A stretch of 64,000 nt of DNA, from positions 20,832,001-20,896,000 of the forward strand of contig NC_067402.1 of NCBI RefSeq assembly GCF_016432865.1, in the 5' to 3' direction. Position numbers and translations under genes: made by a program. The notes under the pieces are model-generated. The model was not told the origin of the DNA. It did no database searches and saw only the letters and a list, made by a program, of their open reading frames with translations. The stretch's first letter is position 1. Every line of letters starts with the position of its first letter. Shown here one piece after another: positions 57,542 through 64,000 of this stretch. Source of the DNA: Antechinus flavipes (Eukaryota).

Positions 57542-58691
57542 GGAAGCAATAAACTAGGAAAACATTTTTACATCTAAAGGATCTGATAAAGGCCTAATTT
57601 CTAAAATATATAGAGAATTGACTCAAATTTATAATAGTTTAAGCCATTCTCCAATTGATAAGTGGTCAAAGGATATGAACGGACAATTTTCAGATGAAGA
57701 AATTGAAACTATTTGTAGCCACATGAAAAGGTGTTCCAAATCATTATTAATCAGAGAAATGCAAATTAAGACAACTCTGAGATACCACTACACACCTCTC
57801 AGATTGGCTAGAATGACAGGGAAAGATAATGCGGAATGTTGGAGGGGATGTGGGAAAACTGGGATACTGATATATTGTTGGTGGAATTGTGAATGCATCC
57901 AACCATTCTGAAGAGCAATCTGGAATTATGCCCAAAAAGTTATCAAACTGTGCACATCCTTTGATCCAGCAGTGTTTCTACTGGGCTTGTATCCTAAAGA
58001 GATGTTAAAGGAGGGAAAGAGACTTGTATGTGCAAGAATGTTTGTGGCAGCCCTTTTTTAGTGGCCAGAAACTGGAAAACTGAGTGGCTGCCCATCATTG
58101 GAGAATGGCTGAATAAATTATGGTATATGCATGCTATGGAATATTGTTATTCTGTAAGAAATGACCAGCGGGATGATTTTAGAGAGGCCTCCATGAACTG
58201 ATGCTAAATGAAATGAGCAGAACAAGGAGATCATTATACATGACAATAAGAAGATTATACGATGATCAATTCTGACAGACAAGAATCTCTTCAATATTGA
58301 AATGATTCAAACCAGTTCCACTTGTGCAGTAATGAAAAGAGCTCTCTACACCCAGAGAGAGAACCATGGGAACAGAGTAAGGAACAGAACATAGCATTCT
58401 CATTCTCTCTCTTATTTGCTTGCATTGTGTTTTCTTTTTCTGTTTTTTTTTTTGTCTTCCTTCTTGATCTGATTTTTCTTGTGCAACAGGATAACTGTAT
58501 AAATATGTGTGTGTGTGTGTGTGTATACACACATTGTATCTAACATGTATTTCAACATATTTAACATGTATTGGACTACCAGCCAGCTTAGGGAAGGGGA
58601 GGGGATGGAGGGAAAGAGGGGGAAATTTGCAACAAAAGGTTATGCAAAGGTCAATGTTGGAAAAATTACCCATGCATATGATTTGTAAATA
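57542..58691 (+). mobile_element. 5'-truncated L1 (ORF2 C-terminus + 3'UTR) with perfect 16-bp TSD
   Basis: ORF 57618-57911 (PIDKWSKDMN...HMKRCSKSLLIREMQIKTTLRYH...CWRGCGKTG.LI.CWW = ORF2p Cys-rich domain). TSD aaaaattgctttctag at 57526-57541 and 58692-58707. Confidence 0.95.
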
Positions 58692-61600
58692 AAAAATTGC
58701 TTTCTAGCTTATACTTAGCAAGACAAATGCATTTATCAGGGCTGGTCTCGGTGGCAAAGAAATGACCTCACTTTGTCTTCCAGATGCAACTGAAGCCAGG
58801 AGATTGGTCCATTTGGCCCATGAGAATGGGCCATGCCAGTCCACTCTTTATTGTCATTAGGTTTTGTTTCCATTCACTGAAGTTGTGGGCATGAAAGAAA
58901 AATGGCATTACTCTGAGGCATTGTGTAAAGGACAGGGAACCAGACAGAGTCCGCAAGTCCAATCCCACCTCAGATGTGAGCCATTTAACTTCAGTCTCCT
59001 CATCTGTAAAATGAAGAGATTAGACTCAATAACCTTTCAAGATTCCTTCCAGCTCTATATGTCCTGTAGAGAGTCTGAGTCAGTTCAATGAACAGTTATT
59101 GTCTACATACTGAAATGCGCTCATCAAGGGTAAGGCAGGGGACTGTCCCAGGTGCTGAAGGAGATACAGTGCTATAGGACAAATTCCTTTCCCACAAGAT
59201 GCTTACAATCTGATAGAGCTGTGGCTGGTGTTTATACATTGTTTTGATAGAAGGCATGTTCACCAATAACTATAATACAAAATAGACTTTAAGAAGTATA
59301 TAAAAAGGAACAAGCTGCAAACATTAAGGATTTGCTATGTGTGAGGCACTATGCTAGACCATGGAGATAATACAATGAAAGGAGGCAATCCCTACCCTGT
59401 AGGAGCTCACATTCTAACAAAGGAGATATCATAGCTGCACAAGTATGATACAAAGTAGAGTGTGAAAAATAATGAAGAGAAGTTCCAAATAGTACTCTAA
59501 GAAATTTGAGGAAGACACAATAACTTTTCAGGAATAGGGGAAAAACAAGGAAGACATCATGAAAAAGGTAGTCTTGAGGGAAGACAAGGATAGGACATTC
59601 TAATCATGGACAATGTTCTCTGTGTCAAGCAAAGGTGGCAGAGACAGGCAGAAATAGATAAGAATTCCAATTTGGCTGGAATTAGAAAATAATGCAGGAA
59701 AAGTTGATTGGGGCTGGAAAGGGAAACCATGTTATATGTGCATGGAAGTCCAAGAATATTAAAGAATCTTGGAAGATTAAAGAATGTTCTATGGAGGAAA
59801 TATCATTTAAGCTGGATTTTAAAAGAGAAGTGGGAATTCAATAGGCACAGATTATGGGAAAAGGAGTACAGGTAGAGGAGACAGCATATGCAAAAGAGTG
59901 GAGATAGGTTGGATGATTTAGAACTGGGAGGAACCTTTGAGTTCATCTTGTCTAATTCTTTTATTTTATTCCCAACCTGAGGCACTAAGGACAGTGCCCA
60001 ACTCACACGAGTTAAGAAGCGTTTGAGAAAGAATTTGATCCTAGGTCTTCTGGATTCAAGTTCATCTCTCTATCCACTGTTTTACATATGAGGCACTCAA
60101 GAGAGGAATGATTCAGTTTGACTGAAGCACTGAATATATGGAGGGGATTAGAATTACGACATGGCACTGGAAAGAGTTTGGAGCCAGATGGGAAAAGGCA
60201 TCCAATTCTAGGCTACAGAACTTGGACTTCATTCAGTAGGCATAAGGTAGGAAGTAGAGGGAATGAGTGAGAAGGATCCAAGTTCCAAACATCTGAGCAT
60301 ACTTCCTCTTTCCAAGCTGATGTCAAGAGGTAGAGGTGGGGATGAGTCACAGAACAGAGTCAGAGAGAGGACATTCAATGTCATTTTAAAGTCTATCCAG
60401 ATTCCCTTCACTTAGAATCTCCTTCCCCAATTATTCTAGAAAAGCTAGAAAAGCTCTGAGACAGGGGAGATCGATCTTACAAAGTACCAAAGAACAATTC
60501 CTAGCACACAGGGGGCACTTGATAGGATTGGATTGATTGGAAAAGCCAGTGGGTTATTAGTGCTCCCCAAGTCTTCCAGCATAATCTCTCTCCTCCATCA
60601 ATAAGCTCCTTTTCTCTCAATCATTTCCCCCCTCCCCTCTCCTCTCACTCTGAGTCACAGATTTGTCAAAGAAAGCTCATTAGATTTACAGTCAGAAATT
60701 CTAGATTCATATCATGGTTCTGATCCTACTTGAGTGACCACCGACAAGTCAACAAACCTGCTTGAGCCTTAGCTTCCTCATCTGTAATATGAGGATAACA
60801 CATCTCCTATGTAACTTATAGTTGTGAGGAAAATGATTTATAAAATGAAACCCTGAATATAGTGGAAGGAATTAAAAGTATGACAGCATTGGAAAAGTTT
60901 GGCGCCAGATGGGAAAAATTCTAGACTATAGAATCTGGACTTGTGTCAGACATAAGGTAAGAAGTAGAGGCTCTCTTAATACAAGTTATTATCATCAGCT
61001 TTTACTAGTGTCTCTCCCCACTCCCGCCTCCAAACAGGTGGATTTCCTTACCATCCCTTATTCATTCTCACTTCCCATAGCTCTGCTCATGCTGTTCCCA
61101 ACGCCTCCCACCTTCCTTCACCCAACCATTCTTGTCTCTATCCTAGAGCACCTGGCTCAGGACCCAACTCCCACAAGCTTCCCCTCATTTTGGGAGGCTG
61201 CGCTTTCCAGCTCACTTTACTTCTAGAAGAGGATCCCCAAATGATTGACCAGGAAGACATCTTAAAAGATGTCCAGTAGTCCAAAGTTCTCATTTTTACA
61301 GAGGGGAAACCAAGACCTAGAGAGTTAAAATGACTTGACCACAGTCACACAGCTAGAGAATAATAAAAGCAATCAATCAATCATCAAGTAATAATAAAGC
61401 ACCAAACAGGGATCAGAGAGGAAGCCCTGTGGCTATAAAGACAAACAATGAGATCATCCGTATTCACAGACTCAGAACTTAAATCCTCTGTGAACTGTCC
61501 AGCCTCTTTTTACCTTTACAGTGATTACCCCCAGAGCAGGAATGTAGGTTGGTATTATGTTATCTGGAACTTGCTTAAGTCACTGTTTAAGTTGGTGAAA

Positions 61601-64000
61601 TGTAAGCCCGATCCATTTTGTCTTTGGAACTTCAGGGTTTTCATTGTTGTTCTTCAGTCACGTCAGGCTCGTTGTCACCCTGAGGACCATAACTCATCAG
61701 GCCCTCCTAAACATCACTATTTCTCAAAGTCTATCCAACTTCATAGTCACCGTTTCCATGTAGCTATCAATAGTAATTTAATAAATGTTTGTTGATTGAA
61801 TCCTCAAAAAAAGACTCAAAGGATCTCAGTTCAAATTTTATTTGTGATAGTTACTACCCATGTGACCTTGGGCACCTTACTTAATTGATCTCAGGATTTA
61901 AGAGTCAGGAAGTCTCAGACACTGACTAGCTGTGGTTCTGGACAAGTCACTTATAACCTCTCTTTGCCTCAGTTTCCTCATCTATATGATGGGAATAACA
62001 ATAACACTTCCCTCAAAGTTAACACATATAATGTGCTCTGCAAAACTAAAAACCCTTTAGAAATTCTTACTTATTATTAACTGTTATTATTATTTTGCAT
62101 CTATAAAATGAGAGGGGTGTTTCTTCCAGCTCTAGATCTATGCTCCTTTGAAACTAAAATGGCAATTCCTTGAAATTAGGAATGATAACAAATAAGGGAA
62201 GATAAGGAGGAAGAAGAGGATATGACCATGAACAACTAATTTCACCATTTTGTACCTCAGTCTCATAATCTGTAAAATGGAGAATAATAAAACTGCTTCC
62301 CTCATAGACTATTTGAATGGAAAGTGTTTTGTAAATCTTAAATTCTATAGAAATTATTATTAGTATTGTACTTATTATTGTTGTTATATTTTGTGCTGTG
62401 AATGCAATAGAAACACGTTTTTGTGGAAAAATTGAATTAATTAGATTCATGCATGAAATTAAACTACAAAAAGAGGGGTTAATAGGAGGACATTAACTCA
62501 TAAGTATGATTTATGGCAATATATGATCCTCATAAAGTACCATTACAAAATAAGATTAAGAAGGCTTTTTTGTCCGAGGAAATTGTTTGGGAACACAGAA
62601 CATAAGATGGACCTGGGTTCAAATTCTGAGTCTACAAGGCCTGTGTAATTTGGGCAAGTCTATAAGTAAAAATAAAGTGGTATAAGGTAAAATAAAAATT
62701 AAATTAAATAAGTGTTCTGGATTTCCAGCACTCATAACCCAATCTAACTTGAAGCCATGGAAGCCAATCCTTTTTAAAGTCTAGAAATTATTTCATAGAC
62801 AGCCTTGCTTTGGCAAATGACATAGCTTTGTGGGAAAAGCTCTTGGTGAAACACATCTATGTTTTGCCTGCCTCGAGATGAGCTCTTGGAAACACGAAGA
62901 GAAAGGCAAATCTCATCTCCCGCTGAGGACACAGCTTTAGCAGGGGGCACAGAGGGGAGATCTATCCACCTGGTGCAGTGTGTGAGAGCAGGCTCAGCCA
63001 GCTCTGAATGCTGAGGGCTCCATGGGATCCACTGAGAACAATACAGAGATCTGGTCCCCATAGCATCTCTTATACCCCACCTCCAGCATCCCCACTGGTC
63101 CTGGAAGGCAGAGATACAAACCGGTTTCACTCTTTAGCTTTGACTACGTGAATAGAAGATCTACTGTCCGTTGAGGAATAGCTCAGACAGCACCTCTTGC
63201 TGGGAGGGTTAGAGGCTAATGGAGGCTGAGATGTGAGCATCCCCCTAGTTCAGCCTGCCTCTGGGTGCACACATGTGAACTTGCTCATTTTTTCAAAGCT
63301 CCCCCCAAATAAAGCTTCCTTGAAGCAGTAGATTATTACTCAGCTCGAGCCTGCATTCTAAAGACACTGAAAAATGCAATAACTATGATTTTTTGGATTC
63401 AGCCCCTTTTCAAGGTGGGAACAGAGACCTTCTCCTACGGAGCCTTACCTGTTGGCCCCCATTTAATAGTTTTTTCTACCTGGTGAACTAACTTTGTGCA
63501 AGTAAGGGTTGGAAAGAATTCCCTGAGTTCTCATCATGCACCAAGCACAGGGCCAAATGTGGGGACTCAAAGACAAAAGGGAGATGGTCACTGCTCTCAG
63601 GATTTATAATCTAATGGGGGAAACCAAACATGCAGAGGAAATCAGGGCTGAAGAAGGGTGTTTTGGCCCAGGAAATCAGAGGGGAGTGGAGGCACATTCC
63701 TGTTAAAAGCAATGGTAATATTAATTTAATTATGATTCTCAGACAAAGAACAAGAAATGCAACAAGGGGTGGGAAGAGAAGAGCTGGAACACATGGTTGT
63801 AGGTAGATGGCGAATAAGATGGCCAGGGTTGATGGATGGATAGTATGGGAGACACAACATGGATTCTAATAATAAATATAAACTTAGTCCTCATCCTCCC
63901 CTCTGTGGACAGGCTGACCCTCATCTTTGGAATGCTCTCCCTCTTCATCTGTTTTTTAGAGTCTCTAGCTTCTTTCAGAGCTCCAACCAAGGACTTCCAC

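Noticed and set aside
43226-64000. Search for CMTM8 exon 1 and its promoter
   Set aside because: No CpG island or MEEPQ...AEI-like sequence was seen; it presumably lies beyond 64000.
1-64000. CRISPR arrays, operons or other prokaryotic systems
   Set aside because: This is mammalian genomic DNA with no regularly spaced repeat-spacer array.

Overview
This is marsupial genomic DNA, most likely a dasyurid such as the Tasmanian devil. That is inferred from WSINE1/MAR1-type SINEs, the L1 types and an OC1-like MITE. The window covers part of the CMTM8-CMTM7 MARVEL-domain gene cluster, with both genes on the minus strand. CMTM8 coding exons 2-4 lie at 43052-43225, 38265-38381 and 36136-36219; exon 1 was not found and presumably lies beyond 64000. 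CMTM7 exon 1 (CDS 25023-25187) sits in a CpG island, and its intron 1 runs off the start of the window. The rest is intronic or intergenic and rich in transposons, with one 346-N assembly gap at 27158-27503. The main unexplained structures are: (1) an old ~6.3 kb class-I ERV provirus at 13126-19419 with paired LTRs, a tRNA-Arg PBS, a PPT and a recognisable env TM immunosuppressive domain; (2) inside it, a 38-bp-arm quasi-palindrome whose loop is a 52-bp copy of sequence 2.1 kb upstream; (3) a tail-less internal L1 endonuclease fragment flanked by a 15-bp TSD; (4) two successive L1 insertions into the same target site, leaving three copies of the TSD; (5) a 277-nt AG-exclusion zone before CMTM8 exon 2; and (6) a nuclear-receptor/variant-telomere hexamer array in the CMTM7 promoter. 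No novel protein-coding system is supported. Repeat family names and orthologue comparisons are from memory and need RepeatMasker/Dfam/BLAST confirmation.
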